A DNA stretch of 64,000 nt, from positions 864,001-928,000 of the forward strand of contig OZ257156.1 in the NCBI GenBank assembly GCA_965279375.1. The letters are read 5' to 3'. The first letter of the stretch is position 1, and each line of letters starts with the position of its first letter. Source of the DNA: Gemmatimonas sp. (GTDB taxonomy: Bacteria; Gemmatimonadota; Gemmatimonadetes; Gemmatimonadales; Gemmatimonadaceae). Under the pieces are notes generated by a model. It did not search any database. It was given only the letters and a program-made list of their open reading frames with translations, and was not told the origin of the DNA. Shown here piece by piece: positions 41,086-50,512 of the stretch. Both the position numbers and the translations under genes were made by a program.

Positions 41086-41538
41086 TTACGTGTCGTCGTC
41101 GCCAAACGTAAAGAACGTCACGGGCGTGGGCACGCCGCCGATGGCCCGATAGAAGTCGAGCGCGTGCGTGTCTTCGTTGTCGGCGGGGACGAACGCGATC
41201 GAGATGCCCGCCTTTGCGGCCTCGGCGCAGAGTGTCGTGACGAGCCTTCGACCGACCCCGTGGCGTTGCCAGGCCGGCACTACCGCCAGATCGTAGATGA
41301 AGAGTTCGGAAACTTCCGCACGCGTGAGCGGCAGCGTGTGGGCGGTCAGTCCACCGGCCAGCTGGCCGTCGACACTGGCGTGGAGCGCCCAGAAATCGGG
41401 GCGCTGGAGCAACTGCAGGAGATAGGCATCGCTGAGTGGATCGGCCTCGGTCTCGAACACGTCGGCCATCGTCGCGAACAGCTGGCGCGCGCGCGCCACG
41501 TCGGCGACCGTGAGTCGTGTTACCTGAATGTCCGCCAT
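41086..41538 (-). CDS. GNAT acetyltransferase, AAC(3)-I-like, in cassette context
   Basis: YL..LL, SELFIYDLAV, QRHGVG, VPADNED..A..FY; starts 44 nt after the GTTAGGT core site. Confidence 0.8.
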   Translation of the reverse strand: MADIQVTRLTVADVARARQLFATMADVFETEADPLSDAYLLQLLQRPDFWALHASVDGQLAGGLTAHTLPLTRAEVSELFIYDLAVVPAWQRHGVGRRLVTTLCAEAAKAGISIAFVPADNEDTHALDFYRAIGGVPTPVTFFTFGDDDT

Positions 41539-41575
41539 CGCGCCTCTCGCCTCCGTCATAGAAGTCGTGCACGCC

Positions 41576-41667
41576 ACCTAACGCTGGCTTCTGCTGCGAG
41601 CGGAGCGCGTGATGCCGTGCGCCACGCTGTTGGTTGGTCCGCTCGTCAGCAGCAATCATCGTTCGAA
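41576..41667 (-). mobile_element. attC site A
   Basis: Plus strand acctaac..ctgctg.cgagcgga / tccgctcg-T-cagcag-C-aa..gttcgaa; two unpaired bases on one arm; R' = GTTAGGT on minus. Confidence 0.8.
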
Positions 41668-41731
41668 CCCGTGTAGGTGCTGGCGAATCGTGCGAACGGG
41701 CCGCCGCTGTTCAAGCTCCCTCAACTCTGCG

Positions 41732-43282
41732 CTAGGCCCGGTCGGGCACATACATCAATTGCCCTGTTCTGTCCGGTTCCAGGCAATAGATGTCCCATCC
41801 GGCGTTCACCTTCTCCTTACGGTAAGCCATCGCCACATTCTTCCCGTCCGTGCGCAGGTTGATCGCACCATACACCTCCACGCCGCGACCAAGCACCGTG
41901 CGTTGGATTCTTTCAAAGGCTGCCTGGGCCTCTTCACGCGCTGTGTCCGTGCTGGCCTTCTCCACCTTCTCCTCTGCGTCTTTGAGCCTGTCGTAGTCTT
42001 CCTTGGTCACACCGTTCTCTCTGGCCGAGCGCGCCAGTTCCGTGCTGAAGATCAGCGGACGCTTGCCGCGCCCATACAGCCCTATTGCGCCCAATGTGTC
42101 GCATCGGGGATGCGCATGGCTTTCGTTGTCACCGCTGGATATGACCGTGGCGACCGCGTTGAAAGCGCGCATCAGGTCATCTGGAATGTCATGGCTACCG
42201 TGGTGGCAGCTCTTGGCCACATCGCTTTGGAAAACCTCGCGAGCGAGCATTACCGCTGCCTCCCGCGCTGCTCCAGACTTTGGTAGCGGCTCTCCATCGT
42301 TGCCGTATTGCTCCAACAGAAACTCCCCAGCAGAGGTGTTGAGGTCTCCGCCCAAAAGCAGTTTCACAGCGCCATACTGCAACTGCAGGATCACAGAATG
42401 TCCGTTCTTGGTTTTGCCCTTGTCAAAGCTCTTACTCCGCGGCGAGGGTCCGAACCAGCGCAGCCGATCTACCCCATCGCTATTTCTCTCCAGCACTGGG
42501 CCGAGCACTTGTATTTGAAGGTCGTTCTCTCCTGGCTTGAACCCGGGCAGGTACGACTTCTTGCCTGGCTTGGCATTCAACGCTTTGAATGCATCCACTC
42601 GCTTGGATTCCACGAGGTTGTTGAGCAGCGTGCCGTACACCTTGGGCGACTCCCTGCCTGCTGCGGTCGTTCCCACCCAGCGCGATCGATCCTTCAAGAA
42701 ATCCTTCATCCCCTTGCTGTCCTTGATGATCTCATCGACATAACGCCGCCCGTCGATATCGACATGTGCGCCGAGACCGTCATCGCTTGTGTCTTCGATG
42801 ATGCCATTGTGGTAGATGGTGCTGAATCGCACGTTGGCATCCTCGAAAAGCCACTCGAAGCCCTTGTAGTGGTCCAGATCGGAGTGGCTGATAATCCCCG
42901 TGAACTTGAAAGGCACCGGCTGCTTTCTGAAGTTGTACTTCCACCTCAGGAAGCGGTACATGTTGTTCGCCTGGCCGGCGTCCAGAATGATATGCTGGTC
43001 ATCCGGGGTGCGAATAAGGGCGCCATCACCCTGACCGATGTCAACGAAGGTCACTTCCAGCAATCGATCATTCTGAACTTCCGCTTCCTTCACGCGGCAG
43101 GGCATGTTCGCCTCCAGGCCTCGGGGGCGCACAGGTAACCAGCCACCTTCTGCTCTTCCGGTAACCTCCATCCAATCGCCCCAAAGTAGTTCACGCGTTC
43201 TTGTTCTGCCGTCTTCCTCCTGCACCTTGAGCGTGGCCTTGGGATAGCCAGCGTAGCAGACGTCTCCTTTCTCGTATGGCAT
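41732..43282 (-). CDS. MBL-fold metallohydrolase (ComEC/Rec2-like) with SH3-like N-terminus
   Basis: DIGQGDG, SHSDLDH, GGDL, CHHGS, HAHP. Confidence 0.85.
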   Translation of the reverse strand: MPYEKGDVCYAGYPKATLKVQEEDGRTRTRELLWGDWMEVTGRAEGGWLPVRPRGLEANMPCRVKEAEVQNDRLLEVTFVDIGQGDGALIRTPDDQHIILDAGQANNMYRFLRWKYNFRKQPVPFKFTGIISHSDLDHYKGFEWLFEDANVRFSTIYHNGIIEDTSDDGLGAHVDIDGRRYVDEIIKDSKGMKDFLKDRSRWVGTTAAGRESPKVYGTLLNNLVESKRVDAFKALNAKPGKKSYLPGFKPGENDLQIQVLGPVLERNSDGVDRLRWFGPSPRSKSFDKGKTKNGHSVILQLQYGAVKLLLGGDLNTSAGEFLLEQYGNDGEPLPKSGAAREAAVMLAREVFQSDVAKSCHHGSHDIPDDLMRAFNAVATVISSGDNESHAHPRCDTLGAIGLYGRGKRPLIFSTELARSARENGVTKEDYDRLKDAEEKVEKASTDTAREEAQAAFERIQRTVLGRGVEVYGAINLRTDGKNVAMAYRKEKVNAGWDIYCLEPDRTGQLMYVPDRA

Positions 43283-43333
43283 CGCGATGGTGGTATGGGT
43301 TTGACGTGTGTAGCGCGTGAGTCGAGTGTGTTA

Positions 43334-46300
43334 TCAATCAAACGCGCGGAGGATCCCCTTGATGGCGGCGCGTCGTGTCGGCTTTTTGATTTTTCCAGCG
43401 CACTGTCGGCAGAGTTCCAGCGGCCCGGCGTCCCATCGAATGTCCTCCTCGTTGTTGTAATAGCCGGGACAGTTCTTGGGGCCGATGGAATGCGTCGACA
43501 CCTCGCTTAACGAAAAAGCGAGCGCATTCGCGAGGAAACGCTCAATCGTGTACGGTGCATGCATTTTTTCGAGTCGGCCGCCAGTAGAAACAATGGAGAT
43601 GCGTCCGTCGTCCGATACGCTCGCTGACAAACTCTCTTTGCCGTCGCTCCAAAGCGCCATTGTGGTAATGCAACACAGTTGCGCCACGCCGAGCCGCTCG
43701 AGCGTTGGTTTCAGCTTCGTTTCGACTTCTGCGGCGTCGAGCACCGCGTGCTGCGTATTCCTTTGCCGTGATCGACGCCACGTGCCCAATGGCGCGGTGA
43801 GGTTCGCGCGTTCAAACACAAACACCTCTTGTGCATCATTGAGCCGTTGAACTACCCTATTGAGTTCGGGAATGACGTAGTTGAGATCCCATATCGCAAT
43901 GGTTGGCTTGGTGGATCGCGTGAGCGATCGCCGTGCAGTCGTGGCTGGAGCGAGATCCGTCATGCGAGCGATTGCTGTCGCGGACGTATCAGCGTGCGGA
44001 ACCAACACGTCATCTGGGTTGCGCGCGAACAGCACCGGAACGGCCCAGTCGATAGCCTCGCCCGCAATTGAATAGTTGACAGCCACGCGAGCCTCACGCG
44101 CAGCATCGCCGATCGTGCGGCCAATACTCAATGCCCAATAGAAATGTTGCGCGAATGCGGTGGCCGAGACATCCAACACGCTAAACTGATTTGCGACAAT
44201 GGCGGGAACCCCACCGCTCACGAGCATTGGCGCGACGCCGCTTGAAAAATCGAACACGCGATTGGGGTGACGTCGACCAAATCCGGTGCCCGTTTCGCAC
44301 GCATTCAGAAAGACGAGGCGCACGCCGCGATGGGCCGCGATCTGCCGGAAAATGTCAGCGCGTAACTCGTGAGACCGCCCCGACCGATCTTCGAACAGCA
44401 AATATCCAAATCCGGTTGTCTCGTCAAACTCTCCGTGACCAATAAAGTGGAGCACATCAAAGCGATCACCAATGACGTCGGTGAGGCTCAACAGTTCATG
44501 CAGCTTTTGCGGTGTGACGTCGACTTCGACTTGTACTTCCGCAAGCCCCGCACGAATGAGCGGTTCAAACGCGCTCCGCACCATGGAAATCTCTTCATCG
44601 ATCGAAAGCGCACCTGCGCCCACGGGCTGTGCGGCAATGACGAGAATGCGAAGCTTGCCAGAACGCGCACCCAATGCATCAGCCGGCACGGCCGTGATGG
44701 AATTGCGAATGAAGTTCACTTCTTCCGTACAAATAAACGTTTCTTCGTACGGATCGAACGCAAATTCCCATGGTTTGTCCGCTACCCAACCGATGGTTGA
44801 AGTGAGGCACACATTGAGACGCCGCTCTTTCAATTCTGCACGCGCAGTGTCGTAGAGTCGCCGCACCTCTCCAGGGAAAATCGAATCGAACAGGAGCGCT
44901 CCGTACTTGCGAAGCTCTTCCTCCGAGGGAAGGGATTTGTACCTGGAATTTCCGTCGATGTATCCCTTGATTCGTTTATGCGTGTTGTCAATGAGTTGAT
45001 AGCGATCCCGCGCTTCGCCTCTCGTCGGCCGGAATGGTTCAATCACACGCGCATTGCGAAAGCTGGCAATGAGCAACGCGGTGTCGCCTTTGGTGCTGTT
45101 TGCAACCATCTGCGAGAGGCCGTAGTCGGAGTCGTTTTCTTTCGGCATCGCGAGCGCATTGAGCGGCGACACAATGAAGAGGTGCAGCACTTCGTCAAGA
45201 AATGATTGCCGGCTGGGACGCACCGTGGAGACTCTTGGCGGGTGATTACCGTCGGTCTCGGGTGGCAGAGTGGTGGATGGTGGATTGATAGGCGGTGTTG
45301 CAGCACCGCGCGCATCTGATGTCATCGCTCCATTGCCACGTCGACCGTCGCGCTTCGTTGGCAATTCCGCGTCGAGCTGCATCGTAGGAAGCCCTTGTGG
45401 CTGGCCGAGTACGGCGCGCGCCAGGAAATCGACTGTTTCCGTTTGATTGAAGAAGGTGGTGTGCGTCACATCGACAGGTCCGTTCGTTCGCAGATTGCCA
45501 CCGGGACCGTAGCATCCGACACGATCGTTTCCAACGATGGTCATGGTTGGCGTTCCTACTCTCCAACCGCCGCGGGTTGGAACGACGAGATCATTCGCCA
45601 TACCAAAAAATCCATCAACACCCACATCGACCATGCGTGCCACCACACCTTCGCTCGGCTCGTGATTCGACGCGAGTGCTGACCATGTTCCGGCGGGATG
45701 CGGCAATGATTGCAATTCGTCGATCAGTGGACCGCGCGGATTCATAGTTGCCAATCCGGGAATGACATCGCCAACTTTTCCGGCCAACCACGCGACCGAC
45801 TCGACGAGAAAATCCGCGCCCGTGGTAAATGGATTGTCAGGAAAGAGATCGATGACATTGCCGATCCAATCCGTGAAGAGGTGCCATCGATCTGGTGATG
45901 CTAGCGGGGTTCCTTCGTTGGGTCCGGCGACGAGTACGACATTGCCCACGCTAAAGCGTTTCGCGAGCGGGGCGAGTTCAGCGCTTTCGAGAATCGTGCG
46001 AAGCACCAATGCGCCGCGAGAATGCGTGATAACATCGAATTCCTGATTCGTTGTTGACAACGCCAACATTAGGTCGCGACCATTCGCCTCTGCAGTTTCG
46101 CTCACCGTAAAGTGATTGAACGCGTAAATGCGTTCGCCATACGTTGCTCGAACCTTGTCAAAGAACGTCTGCCCATCCGCTCCGCGGGTTTTTCCGAGTG
46201 CACCAAACCCTCCCTGAAAATTGGAGAAGGTGCCGTGAATGAACAGCAGCTTTCGTCCTTCTGGGAGCTTGCGCGAATTCTTGAGTTGTACGAGCGACAG

Positions 46301-46990
46301 CGTACCATCTGCGCCCACCTGCACCTGCTGAAAACCTCGCACTATTTTCTTCTTCTTCCAAGTACGTGTTTCCCAAAGCGACGCAAGTTTTTCGATCGCG
46401 AAGTCGGCAACTTTGTCGGCGGCTTTCTTCATGATCTTGACCACGACAAACTTGATGACTTTGCTGACGGGGCCGCGCCGTCCGGTTGCTGTCGCCGAAC
46501 TCTGGGTGGTAATGCGAAAGCGAAGTACGCCCTGTGGGCTCGACGAACGCTTTTTGTCGGTTGACTTTGCAGCTCTGCGCTTTCGTGCGCCGCGCATTCC
46601 TGTGCCGAGGATGTCACCGACCGCGAAACTCACGGCATCCGATGCATGACGTGCAATGACGACGTGCGTTTGGCGATCTGTCGGCTCGTATTCGAATGTG
46701 AGCGGTTGATCCTCCACGTTGCGCCGTGCTGGAAGCACCGCTTCGTGCGAGCTTACCATCTCGATTTCATTCGTGGCAAGCAGTGTCTTGACAAATGGGT
46801 CGATCCCGCTGTCGGCCCGTTGGCCTCGTCGCACTCGCCGTGCGCGTTCCGCGAGTGGTGCTGCGGAGATAAACCACGCACTGGTGCTCGTAATTGCACC
46901 TCTGCCCGAAGTACCTGATCTCTTCGTACTGGCGCGCTTGGTCGTTGATCGAGAGGCAACGGAGCGCTTGGGTCGGCGAGGCGAGGGCAT
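43334..46990 (-). CDS. Alpha/beta-hydrolase plus CHAT (caspase-like) protease multidomain protein
   Basis: FIHGTFS, THSRG, NDLVVP; CHAT LHFIGHG and FLNACE dyad intact. Confidence 0.85.
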   Translation of the reverse strand: MPSPRRPKRSVASRSTTKRASTKRSGTSGRGAITSTSAWFISAAPLAERARRVRRGQRADSGIDPFVKTLLATNEIEMVSSHEAVLPARRNVEDQPLTFEYEPTDRQTHVVIARHASDAVSFAVGDILGTGMRGARKRRAAKSTDKKRSSSPQGVLRFRITTQSSATATGRRGPVSKVIKFVVVKIMKKAADKVADFAIEKLASLWETRTWKKKKIVRGFQQVQVGADGTLSLVQLKNSRKLPEGRKLLFIHGTFSNFQGGFGALGKTRGADGQTFFDKVRATYGERIYAFNHFTVSETAEANGRDLMLALSTTNQEFDVITHSRGALVLRTILESAELAPLAKRFSVGNVVLVAGPNEGTPLASPDRWHLFTDWIGNVIDLFPDNPFTTGADFLVESVAWLAGKVGDVIPGLATMNPRGPLIDELQSLPHPAGTWSALASNHEPSEGVVARMVDVGVDGFFGMANDLVVPTRGGWRVGTPTMTIVGNDRVGCYGPGGNLRTNGPVDVTHTTFFNQTETVDFLARAVLGQPQGLPTMQLDAELPTKRDGRRGNGAMTSDARGAATPPINPPSTTLPPETDGNHPPRVSTVRPSRQSFLDEVLHLFIVSPLNALAMPKENDSDYGLSQMVANSTKGDTALLIASFRNARVIEPFRPTRGEARDRYQLIDNTHKRIKGYIDGNSRYKSLPSEEELRKYGALLFDSIFPGEVRRLYDTARAELKERRLNVCLTSTIGWVADKPWEFAFDPYEETFICTEEVNFIRNSITAVPADALGARSGKLRILVIAAQPVGAGALSIDEEISMVRSAFEPLIRAGLAEVQVEVDVTPQKLHELLSLTDVIGDRFDVLHFIGHGEFDETTGFGYLLFEDRSGRSHELRADIFRQIAAHRGVRLVFLNACETGTGFGRRHPNRVFDFSSGVAPMLVSGGVPAIVANQFSVLDVSATAFAQHFYWALSIGRTIGDAAREARVAVNYSIAGEAIDWAVPVLFARNPDDVLVPHADTSATAIARMTDLAPATTARRSLTRSTKPTIAIWDLNYVIPELNRVVQRLNDAQEVFVFERANLTAPLGTWRRSRQRNTQHAVLDAAEVETKLKPTLERLGVAQLCCITTMALWSDGKESLSASVSDDGRISIVSTGGRLEKMHAPYTIERFLANALAFSLSEVSTHSIGPKNCPGYYNNEEDIRWDAGPLELCRQCAGKIKKPTRRAAIKGILRAFD

Positions 46991-47315
46991 ATAGGGACCT
47001 CAGTGGGAAAGACCAAACATTTCGGGGGCAATTCGCGCAAGAACAGTGTTGCGATCTGTGAGTTCGCGCAATTCGGCAGCTGCCCAGTCGACGGCTTGCT
47101 TGAAGGATTCACTTCGCGCATTTCTCGCGACCTGATCAGGCAACGCCATTCGCGCGGTCGGTGACTGGCGGGCTGTTCAATACCGATCTGACGCCGTGGC
47201 ATCACCATCAATCGCAGTGGTCCGAGCGTCTCGCGCTGGCACGTTCCTTCCTCGGCGGCCTTCGGTGTTGAACGCGCCGTCTCCCTGCGACGCAGAAGAC
47301 CGGGTCCCATACACA

Positions 47316-47537
47316 GCGAACGTCGCGGAATCGTCCTTCGGCAGTTTGAAGAAGGAACGGGTAAAGAAGCACATCTATCGGAACGGCGAGCTCGCGACCG
47401 TGGAGATCGCAGACGATATCAACCGCTTCTTCAATTGCATACGGCGGCACGGTCACTTAGACGGGCTCAGTCCCGAGCGATTTGAAGCCGCTCACAAGTC
47501 CCGCTGCCGACGTGTCCACTAAGCGCTGGGAACTCCA
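47316..47537 (+). mobile_element. IS3-family remnant (transposase C-terminus and right inverted repeat)
   Basis: VAESSFGSLKKE..FFN..RRHGHLDGLSP..FE; end gtgtccactaagcgctgggaactcca-3'. Confidence 0.85.
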
Positions 47538-47676
47538 ATTCCTCCTCAATCATGACCCACGGCTCGCCGAGTGGACCCTCCTTCAGCGAGAAGCTAACGC
47601 CTCTGTGATAGGTATGTGCGCGATCTCCTGTTGTTCGATCATTGGGGCCAAGGCATTCTGGAAAGTCTGATACCAT
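47538..47676 (-). pseudogene. Probable cassette ORF truncated by the IS3 insertion
   Basis: Open frame just downstream of the attC-B core site (..FSLKEGPLGEPWVMIEEE) running into the IS end. Confidence 0.4.
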
Positions 47677-47714
47677 TCGAGAAACTCTAGCGTGGGTGGT
47701 ACCGTCTTAGGCCC

Positions 47715-47827
47715 ACCTAACGCTCGCGTTCTGTTGCAGCGCCCTTCAACAGGATGCGGCCAGCGAGCGCAGCGAGCAATAGGCCGCACTCCTTGAAAGC
47801 GCTCTCAACAGCAACGCAAGGTTAAGC
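47715..47827 (-). mobile_element. attC site B
   Basis: acctaac..gcgtt ctgttg..agcgc / gcgct..T-caacag-C-aacgc..gttaagc; long inner stem. Confidence 0.9.
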
Positions 47828-48068
47828 GGCGCTGGCGCGCACCCGCCCACCCCCGGATTGCGGGTTTCGCCCACTTACTCATCGGAGCGTCATTCCGGTG
47901 GTCACTGGACGGTGGTTCGAGGGCCTCGGCGCGCCCGATCCCCTGTTTTGCACTAGGCTCTTGAGTCGCATCCATATGTATACAGTTCGCGGCCTCCGTC
48001 CTCTAAGCCACCCTACTGCTTCTTCGTCGACCGGGTGCGATTCCGCTCTTTGGCCAGCCTCTAGCCGT

Positions 48069-50495
48069 TCAATCCAGTATGGGTGGGTAGGCAAGAGGGT
48101 CGGTGGAGGCCATCAGATCGTACACCGCCTGAAATACGCTCTCGGTGTTCGGCTTCGACATGTAGTCGCCGTCGCGGCCGTACGCAGGTCGATGCGCTGC
48201 CGCCGTGAGCGTTCGCGGGGCCGCATCCAGCCAGTGGAAGCCGCCTTGCCTTTCCAACACCTCTTGCATCATGTACGATGTCGCGCCGCCGGGCACGTCC
48301 TCGTCGAGGAAGAGGACACGGTTTGTTTTCTTCAACGACTCAACAATCGCGCAGTCGATATCGAACGGCAGCAACGACTGGACATCGATCACCTCTACGC
48401 TCACACCGGTGGTCGCAGCGAGAGAGTCCGCCGCCTCCAGGGCGACCTGACAGCACGCGCCGTACGTCACGACGGTCACGTCCTTCCCTTGCCGGATGAC
48501 CTCGACGCGGCCGATCGGCGTCTTCAGCTCACCGATGTTCAGCGGCATCCGCTCCTTCCGATAGTACCCGTTCAGGACCTCGACAACCACGGCCGGGTCC
48601 CCGGATTGGAGGAGGGAATTGTAGAACCCAGCCGCACGGGTCATGTCGCGTGGGACGAGCACGTACATTCCTCGCAAAAGGTGCACGATCGCCGCCATCG
48701 GTGAGCCCGAGTGCCAGACTCCGACGAGACGATGACCTCGTGTCCGCACGATGACTGGTGCTTTCTGTCCGCTCTTAGTGCGGTAGCGGAGCGACGCGAG
48801 ATCGTCGCTCAGGATCTGTAGCGCATAAGGCATGTAGTCGACGTACTGGATCTCTGCAATTGGACGAAGTCCACGCATCGCGAGGCCGATCGCCTGGCCA
48901 ATGATGGTGCACTCTCGGATACCGGTGTCCGCCACGCGACTCTCCCCGAAGCGAGCCTGCAGCCCCGCGAATCCTTTGTTGACGTCCCCGAGACGACCCA
49001 CGTCTTCGCCGAACGCGATGATACGTGGGTCGCGCGCGAGCGCGGCATCGAAACAGGCGTTCAGCACACGATGAGCATCAACGCCGCTCCCATCTCCGTA
49101 CACCGGTGCCACCGACTTCACACGCAATGCGGAGTCCGCGCCTTCCGCATAAAGGTGGGAGTCGTATTGCTCGCGGCTTGCCTCCCGCTGTTCCCTGACC
49201 CATCGCCGGAGCGGTTCGACAGCCGCAGTGTCGCATCCCCGGACAGCGACTAGGGCGCGGTGGGCCGTCGACGCAAGATCGCGACGCAGCGGCTCGGTGC
49301 AGGCAGCCACCGCGGCGCTTGCCGCGGCGAACTCTGCGTGGCCGTCGGGACATGCCGCACCAACCTCTTTCAACGCGGCAGTCAGCGACCGTGCCTCGGC
49401 CAGGATCGGAGCCTGGTAGTCATTCCATGCCTCGTCACGCTCCCGCCGCACGTACTCACGCTCCCCGCGCTCCAGCATCTCGAGGTCTTCCACCGACGCG
49501 AACCCGTCGGTGATGAGCCATGCGCGCATCCGCGCGAGGCAGTCATGCTCCTTCTCCCAGGTCAAGCGTTCAGTAGACTTGTAGCGCTCGTGGCTCCCAG
49601 TCGTCGAGTGACCGAGAGGTTGCGTTAGCTCGACCACATGCACGACTGCCGGCACGTGGTCCCGTCGCACCCCCGCGGCCGCGATGGCGAACGTGTCGAC
49701 AAGGGCCGGATAGTCCCAGCCGAGTACGGTCATAAGCTCGAGACCGCCTTTCCTGTTTGGCGTGCGACGGAATCCCTCTAGCAGCTCTGCGAGGTGCCCC
49801 TTTGTTAGCTGAAGCTCGTTCGGGACCGAGATGCCATAGCCGTCGTCCCAGACTGAGAGCAGCATGGGGACCTGCATGACGCCGGCGGCGTTGAGCGTCT
49901 CCCAGAACATCCCTTCGGCGCACGATGCATTTCCGATTGTACCGACGGCGATCTCGTCGCCGTCGCGCGAGAACCGCGTCATGGAGCGCAGCTCTGGCAA
50001 CGTCCGGTAGAGCTTGGATGCCTGTGCGAGCCCGAGAAGTCGAGGCATCTGTGCAGCCGTCGGCGAGATATCCGCGGAAGAATGGAAGTCATCAACAAGT
50101 GCCTTCCACTCGCCCGACTCGTCGAGCATGCGAGTGGCGAAATGAGCGTTCATGCTGCGACCCGCGGACGAGGGTTCGGCAACGACGTCGACGTGTCCGT
50201 ATAGTTGCGCAAAGAACTGACGGACGTCGAGCGCGCCGAGCGCGAGCATGAGCGTCTGGTCGCGGTAGTAGCCGGACCGGATGTCGCCAGGCCGCAGCGC
50301 GCGGGCCAAGGCTACTTGGGCGACTTCTTTTCCGTCTCCGAAAATCCCGAACATGGCACGTCCGGTTATGACCTCATCGCGGGCGACGAGGCTCAGCTGG
50401 CGGCTCCGGTAGGCGGTTCGGTAGTCCTCCAGCACGAGGGCCGGATCGAGTCCCTCCACCGCCCTCTGCTGGATAGTGCTCCCGACAAGTGTCAT
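48069..50495 (-). CDS. Fused alpha+beta E1 of a 2-oxoacid (probably branched-chain) dehydrogenase
   Basis: FGIFGDGKE, GYYRDQT, TPP-binding IGNAS..EG..WDDGYGIS, GEDVG, EIQYVDY, HSGSP. Confidence 0.9.
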   Translation of the reverse strand: MTLVGSTIQQRAVEGLDPALVLEDYRTAYRSRQLSLVARDEVITGRAMFGIFGDGKEVAQVALARALRPGDIRSGYYRDQTLMLALGALDVRQFFAQLYGHVDVVAEPSSAGRSMNAHFATRMLDESGEWKALVDDFHSSADISPTAAQMPRLLGLAQASKLYRTLPELRSMTRFSRDGDEIAVGTIGNASCAEGMFWETLNAAGVMQVPMLLSVWDDGYGISVPNELQLTKGHLAELLEGFRRTPNRKGGLELMTVLGWDYPALVDTFAIAAAGVRRDHVPAVVHVVELTQPLGHSTTGSHERYKSTERLTWEKEHDCLARMRAWLITDGFASVEDLEMLERGEREYVRRERDEAWNDYQAPILAEARSLTAALKEVGAACPDGHAEFAAASAAVAACTEPLRRDLASTAHRALVAVRGCDTAAVEPLRRWVREQREASREQYDSHLYAEGADSALRVKSVAPVYGDGSGVDAHRVLNACFDAALARDPRIIAFGEDVGRLGDVNKGFAGLQARFGESRVADTGIRECTIIGQAIGLAMRGLRPIAEIQYVDYMPYALQILSDDLASLRYRTKSGQKAPVIVRTRGHRLVGVWHSGSPMAAIVHLLRGMYVLVPRDMTRAAGFYNSLLQSGDPAVVVEVLNGYYRKERMPLNIGELKTPIGRVEVIRQGKDVTVVTYGACCQVALEAADSLAATTGVSVEVIDVQSLLPFDIDCAIVESLKKTNRVLFLDEDVPGGATSYMMQEVLERQGGFHWLDAAPRTLTAAAHRPAYGRDGDYMSKPNTESVFQAVYDLMASTDPLAYPPILD

Positions 50496-50512
50496 GATGG
50501 TCGTCCTTTTCG

